Shown: piece after piece, positions 8,312 to 15,243 of the stretch
Position numbering within the stretch: the first letter of the stretch is position 1
How the letters are laid out: each line of letters opens with the position of its first letter
Assembly (NCBI GenBank): GCA_036479435.1
Contig: JAZGFI010000140.1
Location: 1-15,243 of the forward strand
DNA from: Planctomycetota bacterium
GTDB taxonomy: Bacteria; Planctomycetota; GCA-002687715; DRQF01
Length of the DNA: 15,243 nt
Direction: 5' to 3'
Notes under the pieces: generated by a model
The model's input: the letters and a program-made list of their open reading frames with translations, nothing else
Told to the model about the DNA's origin: nothing
Database searches by the model: none
Translations under genes and position numbers: made by a program

Positions 8312-8357
8312 GCCGGGGTGGGGGATTCGAAGAATCCGCCGCCCCGGTTCACATTTT
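8312..8357 (+). terminator. Long GC-rich hairpin, probable terminator of the small-ORF transcript
   Basis: 8312-8328 pairs with 8332-8348 (16 bp with two G-U pairs and one G-G mismatch, GAA loop), followed by tcacatttt; a second hairpin tcgct-ttcg-agcga lies at 8286-8299. Confidence 0.55.
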
Positions 8358-8405
8358 GGCTGCATCGAAGTTCGCCCTAGCTGCCACAGGAATTCCCTTT
8401 GCCCC

Positions 8406-8430
8406 GTCACCCTGGCCCACGGACGTCGTC
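8406..8430 (+). promoter_or_regulatory. Candidate ECF-type autoregulatory promoter
   Basis: GTCAC (8406-8410), 16 nt, CGTC (8427-8430), about 90 nt upstream of the ECF start; fits general ECF promoter architecture. Confidence 0.4.
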
Positions 8431-8521
8431 CAAAGTTCTGTGAACACTCAGCAATCAAAAAGCGGAATGGAATGGCTTGCCAGCGAAAGGGTTGATCCGC
8501 TATCGGCGCCCTGGAGGCTCC

Positions 8522-9118
8522 ATGAAGGGTGAGCCTACAAGCAACGTCAAATTGGTGCAGGAAGCACTGGAAGGGTCTGAGGCGGCTTTTCGAGAACTAG
8601 TGGCGACCTATGGGCCAGCTTTGGCGACTTTCCTCAACAGCTATCTCAAGCGGCGCGAAGACATCGAAGAAGTCGTTCAAACTGCCTTTTTCCGCGCTTT
8701 TCGTCGCCTCGACCGACTCCGCTCGCCGGAGATTTTCGGTTCTTGGTTGTGGCGCATCGCTTACTGCGCAACCGTGGATCTGCAGCGAAAATCAAATCGA
8801 TCGGGGCTCGACGACATCGCGCTCGCGGACGAGGCCTGGCTCGAGCTTCCCAATGATGTTCCCTCGGTTGAAATGAGTCTCGAACGGCAGCTTCTTGTCG
8901 ACGAATTGCAACGTCGAGTTCATGATCTTCCGCCGGCGATGGGGCAGGTCTTACTGCTGCGTTATCGCGACGATTGGAGTTACCGGGAGATCGCTGACCA
9001 TCTCGATGTCTCTCCGGTTCAAGTCAAAGCGCGTCTCGCTCGAGCCCGACAGAGACTCGGCGCGAAGACTCGCGACCTCGCCCATGATTGGAGGCGGCTC
9101 TCCGATGAAATGTCCTGA
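8522..9118 (+). CDS. ECF RNA polymerase sigma-70 factor (198 aa)
   Basis: Region 2 (AFRELV, DIEEVVQTAF, FGSWLWRIA) and region 4 (LLLRY...SYREIADHLDVS..QVKARLARAR); GGAGG SD before ATG 8522. Confidence 0.93.
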   Translation: MKGEPTSNVKLVQEALEGSEAAFRELVATYGPALATFLNSYLKRREDIEEVVQTAFFRAFRRLDRLRSPEIFGSWLWRIAYCATVDLQRKSNRSGLDDIALADEAWLELPNDVPSVEMSLERQLLVDELQRRVHDLPPAMGQVLLLRYRDDWSYREIADHLDVSPVQVKARLARARQRLGAKTRDLAHDWRRLSDEMS

Positions 9119-9344
9119 CGGGAAAACACTCATTGCTCACGCCACTGAGGCCCTCGATCCCCGCCGCAGTGATTGGATCAGCAAACACCTTAAGGCTTGT
9201 GACGACTGTCGCAGCCGTTGCGACGAATTCAAAGCTGACGAGGCTTTACTCCGTGACGCGCTCGCGCCTCGTTTGGATTTCGACGCGATAACGCAAGCGG
9301 TTTGGGAAAAAATCCAACGCGCTCGCGACAATTTGGAGCCCTAA
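9105..9344 (+). CDS. zf-HC2 (ZAS) anti-sigma factor, soluble (79 aa)
   Basis: MKC...HLKACDDC (C...HxxxCxxC); overlaps the sigma gene by 14 nt; GGAGG at 9090-9094; no hydrophobic segment. Confidence 0.85.
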   Translation: MKCPDGKTLIAHATEALDPRRSDWISKHLKACDDCRSRCDEFKADEALLRDALAPRLDFDAITQAVWEKIQRARDNLEP

Positions 9345-9436
9345 GTCCAAAGGATTTGGCGGGACTCGCCTTTAAAACGACCACCTCTCGCTCCGAAAGA
9401 GCGAAGCTCGATTCTCCGGAGACCTCGGAGAGAAAA

Positions 9437-10219
9437 ATGAACTGTTTGAATTACTTTGCGCGATGGAATTTCCTCGCAGTCGCCGTGCTTTTCGCGCTAG
9501 CGACATTCGGCCTCCCCAGTTCTGCCATGGGGCAAGACACGGCGAAAAGCATGCTGCAGTTGGCAGGCAAGACGGCCAAACAGGCTCGAAGCAAAAAAGG
9601 AGAAGAGCGCGCGAAGGTATACCGAGAAGCGCTTGTCGCCTACTCGAAAGTGGTCGACAACTGGCCAGACGCATTGAAGGAGAAAGCGCGCGCATTCGTT
9701 GAGACCGGTCGACTACACCGAAAACTCAAAGAGACCCCCCAGGCACTCACAGCTTTCGAGGCGGCTTTGGCCACGCCCGGCCAAGCAAGGGCTCATGTGA
9801 TGGCTTTGGAATCCATGGCTTCCTTGCATCGCAAACAGAAGAATCTCAAGGGCGTGCGCGAGACTTACGAGAGGCTCATCCGCGACTGTGCTGGCGAAGA
9901 CCGCTCCTGTGCTAAGGCCAAATTGAGCTTGGCGAGTCTGGCTAGACGAGCTCATCAATGGAATGAGTCGGATCGTTTGGCGAAGAGTGTTCTTGACGAC
10001 ACGCCCCAGCTTTGGCGTGAGAATGTCGATGCCGGCAACGCGATTGTTTCGGGGCTCATCAAGCGCCGAGAATGGCGGAAGGCCTTGGACTCGCTCAAAG
10101 CCCAAGATGAGTTTCTGCGCAGCCGATTCGAAAGCACCGAGACCTGGGCGAAGGTTCAAAAAGCCATGGCCAAGATGAGCGCTCGCCGCACCCTCACCCC
10201 CGTTACCGAAAGCGACTAG
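9437..10219 (+). CDS. Secreted TPR-like alpha-helical repeat protein (260 aa)
   Basis: GGAG SD; signal-peptide-like N-terminus (RWNFLAVAVLFALATFGLPSSAMG|QD); repeated TPR-like helices (ALVAYSKVVDNWP, ALTAFEAALA, RETYERLIRD); K/R-rich. Confidence 0.8.
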   Translation: MNCLNYFARWNFLAVAVLFALATFGLPSSAMGQDTAKSMLQLAGKTAKQARSKKGEERAKVYREALVAYSKVVDNWPDALKEKARAFVETGRLHRKLKETPQALTAFEAALATPGQARAHVMALESMASLHRKQKNLKGVRETYERLIRDCAGEDRSCAKAKLSLASLARRAHQWNESDRLAKSVLDDTPQLWRENVDAGNAIVSGLIKRREWRKALDSLKAQDEFLRSRFESTETWAKVQKAMAKMSARRTLTPVTESD

Positions 10220-10233
10220 GCCCTCACCAACAC

Positions 10234-10272
10234 AAAAGCTCCGATCGAGCGCTGAGTTCGATCGGAGCTTTT
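10234..10272. terminator. Bidirectional intrinsic terminator between the convergent TPR gene and ugd
   Basis: aaaagctccgatcgagc / gttcgatcggagctttt, 17-bp inverted repeat with one G-U, 5-nt loop, A4 and T4 ends. Confidence 0.85.
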
Positions 10273-10303
10273 CTAGACGCGGATTGCTGCGGAGGTGTTG
10301 AGT

Positions 10304-11602
10304 CTAAACTCCGATGCCGTAGTAGGTGAAGCCGCGTTGTTCGAGGGTCTTGCGATTGTAGATGTTGCGGCCGTCGAAAATGACGGGAGTCTTGAGCGTC
10401 GCCTTGATGTGGTCAAAGTCTGGCTGGGCGTACTCGTTCCATTCGGTGACGATGACGAGGGCATCTGCGCCTTCGAGGGTATCGTTGGGGTGCTCATGAT
10501 AAGTCACTCGATCGCCGAGAACGCGGCGCGTGCTTTCGATTGCAGCGGGATCGGTGACCTGGACTTTGGCGCCCGCGTCCAGCAGACGGTTGATCGTGAC
10601 GAGGCTTGGGGCCTCTCGCATGTCGTCAGTCTTAGGTTTAAAGGCTAGTCCCCAGATCGCGAAAGTCTTGCCCTTGAGGTCAGCTCCAAAGTGCTCGACC
10701 ACATAGTTCGCTAGCACTTCTTTTTGCCGGGCGTTGACGTCTTCAACGGCTCCCAAGATCTTGAATTCGTAGTCTGCCTCGGCGGCAGTTCTCACCAGAG
10801 CCTTGACGTCTTTGGGGAAACAAGATCCGCCGTAGCCGACGCCGGGGTAGAGGAAGGAGAACCCAATGCGGGAATCCGTCCCAATACCATGGCGGACGTC
10901 GTGAGCGTTGGCACCCAACTTGCTGCAAATCTGCGCGATCTCGTTCATGAACGAGATGCGGGTAGCCAACATCGCGTTGGCGGCGTACTTGGTGAGTTCG
11001 GCGGAGCGAACATCCATGAAGATGATCGGTTTTCCCGACCGGGTGAAGGGCCGGTAGAGTTCTTCCATCGTGGCCCGGGAGCGCTCGTCCGAGACGCCGA
11101 CGACCACGCGATCTGGTTTCAGAAAGTCGTCGATCGCAGCCCCTTCTTTCAGGAACTCAGGGTTGGACACTACGGCGAATTCGCCGTCGCTGAATTCGCG
11201 AATCTTCGCGGCGACTTTTTCGGCGGTTCCGACGGGTACGGTGCTTTTGTCGACGATGACTTTGTAGCCGTTTAGATTTTCACCGATCGTTTGGGCCACG
11301 GCGAGCACGTACTTCAGGTCGGCAGAGCCGTCTTCGCCCTCGGGAGTTCCTACGGCAATGAAGACGATCTCTGCGGCGCGAATGGCGGTCGCGGAATCCG
11401 TCGTGAATTCCAAGCGACCCTCGCTCGCGTTGCGAGCGATCAGCTCGTCGAGGCCTGGTTCATAGATCGGGACGACGCCTTTTTTGAGGCCGTCGATTTT
11501 GGCTTGGTCCAGATCACAACAAGTGACGCTGTTGCCTTTGTCGGCAAAACAGGTTCCTACGACGAGTCCGACGTAGCCGGTTCCGATGACGGCGATACGC
11601 AT
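10304..11602 (-). CDS. ugd: UDP-glucose 6-dehydrogenase (432 aa)
   Basis: GTGYVG Rossmann motif, [17 protein letters not shown], catalytic [28 protein letters not shown] 11602 with GGAG SD. Confidence 0.95.
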   Translation of the reverse strand: MRIAVIGTGYVGLVVGTCFADKGNSVTCCDLDQAKIDGLKKGVVPIYEPGLDELIARNASEGRLEFTTDSATAIRAAEIVFIAVGTPEGEDGSADLKYVLAVAQTIGENLNGYKVIVDKSTVPVGTAEKVAAKIREFSDGEFAVVSNPEFLKEGAAIDDFLKPDRVVVGVSDERSRATMEELYRPFTRSGKPIIFMDVRSAELTKYAANAMLATRISFMNEIAQICSKLGANAHDVRHGIGTDSRIGFSFLYPGVGYGGSCFPKDVKALVRTAAEADYEFKILGAVEDVNARQKEVLANYVVEHFGADLKGKTFAIWGLAFKPKTDDMREAPSLVTINRLLDAGAKVQVTDPAAIESTRRVLGDRVTYHEHPNDTLEGADALVIVTEWNEYAQPDFDHIKATLKTPVIFDGRNIYNRKTLEQRGFTYYGIGV

Positions 11603-11750
11603 GTTTGTCTCCAAGATTGCGGGCTTAGTTGGCGACCAGTCCTAACACTCGGGCATTTCGCGTCCCAAGCCCCTCAAAAAGCCAAAACCGGTTGTTTATG
11701 CGTGGCTGGGGGCAGGCAGGTGGTTCTGATACCGTTGCCGCCAGAACGCA

Positions 11751-11823
11751 GGGCGATTAGCTCAGTTGGTAGAGCTTTCGGTTTACATCCGAACGGTCAC
11801 AGGTTCGAGCCCTGTATCGCCCA
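11751..11823 (+). tRNA. tRNA-Val (anticodon TAC), CCA not encoded
   Basis: Acceptor stem GGGCGAT/ATCGCCC plus A73; D arm GCTC-AGTTGGTA-GAGC; anticodon stem TTCGG/CCGAA with TAC at 11784-11786; T arm ACAGG-TTCGAGC-CCTGT; followed by TCA. Confidence 0.97.
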
Positions 11824-11847
11824 TCAAGATCATGTACGGTGACTATG

Positions 11848-11918
11848 CGGTGCCAGGCACCGCGCCGTCACTTTGCCGTGCCAGGCACAGAAAAGTGACG
11901 GCGTGGTGCCTGGCACCG
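11848..11918. repeat. Nested palindromic REP/MITE-like element with three GTGCCWGGCAC cores
   Basis: 27-bp inverted arms 11848-11874 and 11892-11918 with one mismatch; third core copy at 11878-11888 in the spacer. Confidence 0.85.
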
Positions 11919-11963
11919 GATGTGACAATGTCGTGAATTTGCGCTCGAATGGGAGAAGAGACG

Positions 11964-14129
11964 ATGTCGAAGCGACTGATCGCAGGAGGGCTTTTGGCCC
12001 TGTTATTGGTTTTGGGGTTTCAGGCCTCGGATCAGATTCCAGTTGGCGCTGATGAGGGGATGTGGTTGCCGCCGGAACTCGGGCGCAATCTGCCTTTGAA
12101 ACGGCTGACGGATATGGGTTTCGAACTCGAACGGAAAGATCTGTGGTCGTCCGACGCACCCAGCCTCAAAGACGCCATTGTGCAGGTCATTGATTTTCAA
12201 CCCAACGGCGGAGTGTTTGGCTTCGGGTCGGCCTCCTTCGTTTCGGCCGAAGGCCTGATCTTGACCAATCACCATGTCGCCTTTGATGCCATCGCCGCCA
12301 ATTCGAATACGGAAAACAACTACGTGCGGGACGGGTTCCGTGCCGCGACGTTGGCGGACGAAAAACAGTGTCGCGGCCAGGGCGTTCGGATCTGCACCGC
12401 CTTCGAAGATGTTACGGCCGCTGTTTTGGCGGGTATCAAAGCGGGTGGCGATGAGGGCGCGCGCCGTGCCGCCGTGTCGGAAGCACAAAAAGGGCTCATC
12501 GAGGACGCGGAGAAAAAGGGACTTCGCGACGTCGAAGTCATCGCGATGTACTCCGGTCTCCGTTACTACCTCGTGGCCTACGATACTTTTCGCGATCTGC
12601 GTTTGGTCTACGCGCCCCCGCGCATGGTGGGTGAGTACGGCGGCGATATCGACAACTGGATTTGGCCGCGCCACACCGGAGACTTTACTTACCTGCGCGC
12701 TTATGTGGCTCCCGACGGCAGCCGCGCTGGATATTCGAAGGACAACGTGCCGTACCGTCCGGCTCGCCATTTGAAACTCGCGACGGATGGGTACCAAGCC
12801 GGCGATTTCAGCTTCATCATGGGTTTCCCCGGCACGACTTATCGGGCGCGGACTTCTTGGTCGGTTGACTATCGCGAGAAACTGCTCTTTCCCAATCAGA
12901 TCAAAGCTCTGGGCGCCAACATCCAAGCTCTCACGAAAGCCGGTGAGAACGACGAAGAGGTTCGCATTCGCAACCTCTCGCAGATAAAAAATCTCAACAA
13001 CGCTCTGAAGAACAACCAGGGAATGATGGATGGTCTGAAGAAGTTTGACTTGGTGGCCGAGAAAAAAGCCGAGGAGGCTAGATTTCAAGCTTGGGTTAAT
13101 GAAGACGCGGAGCGTCGGCGTAAGTGGGGCGACCTGTTTCCCCGTTTCGATGGGCTCTACAGCGAGTTGTTCCGCACCGACCGCCTGCGAGGCGTCATGA
13201 ACTTGGTGATGACGCGAACCGTGCTCTCGGCTTTTGGCGTCTTTCAACTGTCCTCCTCGGATCCGAATGGCCAGAGCGCCGAGCGGATCAAGGTGGTCAC
13301 CGGTGTGCTGAAGAACAATCTCGCCAACTTGAGTTTGGACGAGCAGCGCAAAAGTGTTGCGGGGGCGATTCAGCCCTTTGTGGCGCTGCCGAAGGAGTCC
13401 CTTCCGGCGGTCCTCGCCAATGCGGACTTGTCGGATCTAAAAGCCTGGAGCGCATTGGTTTTGCCGACGGCCGTAAAGGCTGAAGATATTGATCGCTGGG
13501 CCGGGCTCGATGGAGATGGCGCGGCAAAAGAGGAACACCCTCTGTTCAAGCTTGGCTTGGGACTCGCAGGTCGAACCAAAGAACTGAACGACTTCATCGC
13601 TCGCTTTGGCGCCGAGATCTCGCCGATGCGTCGGCACCTTGCCGCAGCCTGGGCGGCTTGGAAAGCCAATCCCCTGTATCCCGACGCCAATTCCACGCTT
13701 CGCTTCACCTTCGGCAAGATCTGTGGCTATAGCCCCCAAGATGGCATCGAAATGGGCTATGTGACCACCTCTCGGGGCATTAGCGAAAAGAACAAGGCCA
13801 AAAACCCCTTTGATGCGCCACAGGCCCAACTCGACCTCATTGCCAAAAAGGACTGGGGCCGTTGGGCCGACCCGGAATTGGGAACTTTGGTTTTGAACTT
13901 CCTCTCGGACAACGACATCACCGGCGGCAACTCGGGTTCCGCGATCATGAACGGCAAAGGTGAGATGATTGGCTTGGCTTTCGATGGCAACTACGAAGCC
14001 ATGACGAGCGACTTCAGATTCCAAGCTGATATCACCCGAACTATCAACGTAGACATCCGTTACGTTTTGTGGTGCACTGAAAAACTGGGGAAGATGACCC
14101 GCCTTCTGGACGAAATGGGGCTCAACTAG
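11964..14129 (+). CDS. S46 family dipeptidyl peptidase, DPP7-like, exported (721 aa; alternative start 11949)
   Basis: Signal peptide then ADEGMW; catalytic TNHH, GDIDNWIWPRH and DITGGNSGS; GLAFDGN. GGAG 8 nt before ATG 11964. Confidence 0.93.
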   Translation: MSKRLIAGGLLALLLVLGFQASDQIPVGADEGMWLPPELGRNLPLKRLTDMGFELERKDLWSSDAPSLKDAIVQVIDFQPNGGVFGFGSASFVSAEGLILTNHHVAFDAIAANSNTENNYVRDGFRAATLADEKQCRGQGVRICTAFEDVTAAVLAGIKAGGDEGARRAAVSEAQKGLIEDAEKKGLRDVEVIAMYSGLRYYLVAYDTFRDLRLVYAPPRMVGEYGGDIDNWIWPRHTGDFTYLRAYVAPDGSRAGYSKDNVPYRPARHLKLATDGYQAGDFSFIMGFPGTTYRARTSWSVDYREKLLFPNQIKALGANIQALTKAGENDEEVRIRNLSQIKNLNNALKNNQGMMDGLKKFDLVAEKKAEEARFQAWVNEDAERRRKWGDLFPRFDGLYSELFRTDRLRGVMNLVMTRTVLSAFGVFQLSSSDPNGQSAERIKVVTGVLKNNLANLSLDEQRKSVAGAIQPFVALPKESLPAVLANADLSDLKAWSALVLPTAVKAEDIDRWAGLDGDGAAKEEHPLFKLGLGLAGRTKELNDFIARFGAEISPMRRHLAAAWAAWKANPLYPDANSTLRFTFGKICGYSPQDGIEMGYVTTSRGISEKNKAKNPFDAPQAQLDLIAKKDWGRWADPELGTLVLNFLSDNDITGGNSGSAIMNGKGEMIGLAFDGNYEAMTSDFRFQADITRTINVDIRYVLWCTEKLGKMTRLLDEMGLN

Positions 14130-14188
14130 CCAGCTTCGTTCTCCAGGTGCTCGAAATCTGACTGGGTTTTCTTGCGGCTCTTGATGAA

Positions 14189-14227
14189 AGGCCCTCCTCC
14201 TGCCGATAGGCCAGGGTTGGAGGGCCT
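14189..14227 (+). promoter_or_regulatory. Stem-loop sequestering the SD of the prepilin-like gene
   Basis: aggccctcc (14189-14197) / ggagggcct (14219-14227) perfect 9 bp containing GGAGG, plus inner stem tcctg/caggg. Confidence 0.5.
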
Positions 14228-14232
14228 CTTAC

Positions 14233-14823
14233 ATGTCGCCGTGCTCAGAAGCCGCTGGTTTCAGCGTCGTCGAGATCTTGGTTTCCATCGTCATCGTGGC
14301 GCTGCTTGTGTGCGTTGCAGTTCCGGCGGTGGGTACCATTCGAGACGATGGCCGCGTTACGGAGACCTTGGAGCTTATCGCCGAGTTCGAAAAGGCGGTC
14401 CGGATTCACCACGAAGAGACGGGGCGTCCTTGCGTCGAGCGGTCGGACCGCGACGCCAAATGGATTTCAGCCCATCACCTGACTAGCCCGCAAGGCTACC
14501 TTGGATGGTCGGGGCCTTACCTTTCAGCCGAGATGGCGAGAGGGGAGGACCTTTTTGGCGGAGATGTGCTTCTCTACGACGATATCGCCGGGGGCCTGGC
14601 CCGTCCCTACTCGTCTTCATTCCGCCTCGGGCAAGGCATCTCAGCGCGGCGCTACCAGGGCGCGGGCCAATTTCTGGCCCTGACGAAGGTCCCCGAGGAC
14701 TTGGCGCGGGAGATCGACGAGGTCCTGGACGATGGCGAAGTCGGCGACTGGCGCCGCCGCGGCCGCGTGCAGTGGCGATCGGCTAACCAAGGCACGTTGA
14801 TGGTCCTCCTCCTCGATCTTTGA
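14233..14823 (+). CDS. Prepilin-type N-terminal cleavage/methylation protein (pseudopilin-like, 196 aa)
   Basis: AG|FSVVEILVSIVIVALLVCVAVP class III signal with Glu at +5; GWSGPYL resembles the GspG W.GPYL motif. Confidence 0.85.
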   Translation: MSPCSEAAGFSVVEILVSIVIVALLVCVAVPAVGTIRDDGRVTETLELIAEFEKAVRIHHEETGRPCVERSDRDAKWISAHHLTSPQGYLGWSGPYLSAEMARGEDLFGGDVLLYDDIAGGLARPYSSSFRLGQGISARRYQGAGQFLALTKVPEDLAREIDEVLDDGEVGDWRRRGRVQWRSANQGTLMVLLLDL

Positions 14824-14883
14824 ACCCTGTTCAAGGGACTCGTCGAAGCAGACATTCAACTACTCAACAAACCCCCGTTGGTG

Positions 14884-15174
14884 CCAGCAGATTGGGAAGA
14901 TTCTGTACCAGGAGTAGGAGCCCGGCTGATCGACGGTCTTGAAGAAGGGCTTGACGAAACCTACACGCTGCGACGGCTTCAGGTCCCTGCGAATACGCGA
15001 AAGAGATTGCGATCAACGAGTTTGATCGAAAGGGCCTTCACACGGGCTAGGAGACTCCGCAACAAAGTCGAAAGATGGGGCAGCGCCAACATAGGTGATA
15101 GTTGGCTGCCCGGTACACTGTCAGCAGCCAACTTAGTCGAGGGCAATTCGGCGATTTATCGCCACGCTCTTTGA
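14884..15174 (+). pseudogene. Decayed IS256-family (mutator) transposase C-terminal fragment
   Basis: LEEGLDETYTLRRLQVP...RKRLRSTSLIERAF..ARR...KVERW resembles the IS256 C-terminal segment (EG.EE.LT..RL......L.STN.IE); no N-terminal part or terminal repeats are visible. Confidence 0.7.
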
Positions 15175-15197
15175 GGCTCATTGGATTCTGAGCCTCA
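15172..15197. repeat. Perfect 9-bp inverted repeat
   Basis: tgaggctca (15172-15180), 8 nt, tgagcctca (15189-15197); function unknown. Confidence 0.5.
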
Positions 15198-15243
15198 TTC
15201 ATCCTGGTGTTCGGCATCCGAGCCATGCCTTCGAAAACCTCGG

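Noticed and set aside
10295..11842. Plus-strand ORFs antisense to ugd or crossing the tRNA
   Set aside because: Shadow ORFs typical of high-GC codon usage.
11848..11918. CRISPR mini-array
   Set aside because: Units are 11-nt cores in inverted arrangement with self-complementary spacers; no cas genes.
12003..13247. 414-aa antisense ORF inside the S46 gene
   Set aside because: Codon-register mirror of a strongly supported gene, with no motifs; the same applies to 13437-14024.
11751..15243. Genomic island integrated at tRNA-Val
   Set aside because: No integrase and no duplicated tRNA 3' end seen in the window; the adjacent gene is an ordinary peptidase.

Overview
GC-rich bacterial chromosomal window, mostly housekeeping and metabolic genes. 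The overall style suggests Planctomycetota or a similar diderm lineage, but that is inference only. Gene order: YtnP-like MBL-fold protein (+); DUF71/Dph6-like PP-loop ATPase and RNase Z (-); thiolase, cyclophilin, enoyl-CoA hydratase, second thiolase and a LeuB-like dehydrogenase (+); a stand-alone 60-aa ORF with its own promoter, structured leader and 3' hairpin; ECF sigma factor, zf-HC2 anti-sigma and secreted TPR-like protein (+); ugd (-); tRNA-Val(TAC); a nested palindromic REP-like element; S46 dipeptidyl peptidase; an orphan prepilin-like gene; a decayed IS256 transposase fragment. Most notable: (1) the small-protein unit, whose leader can form mutually exclusive hairpins; (2) the MBL protein, which has lost all three second-metal ligands; (3) the ECF/anti-sigma/TPR module, where a -1 frame shift would rebuild a membrane-spanning anti-sigma; (4) the 71-nt cruciform repeat; (5) an NADP-type motif in the LeuB-like enzyme. 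All family calls come from motif recognition by eye, with no database searches. No complete new system is proven from the sequence alone.
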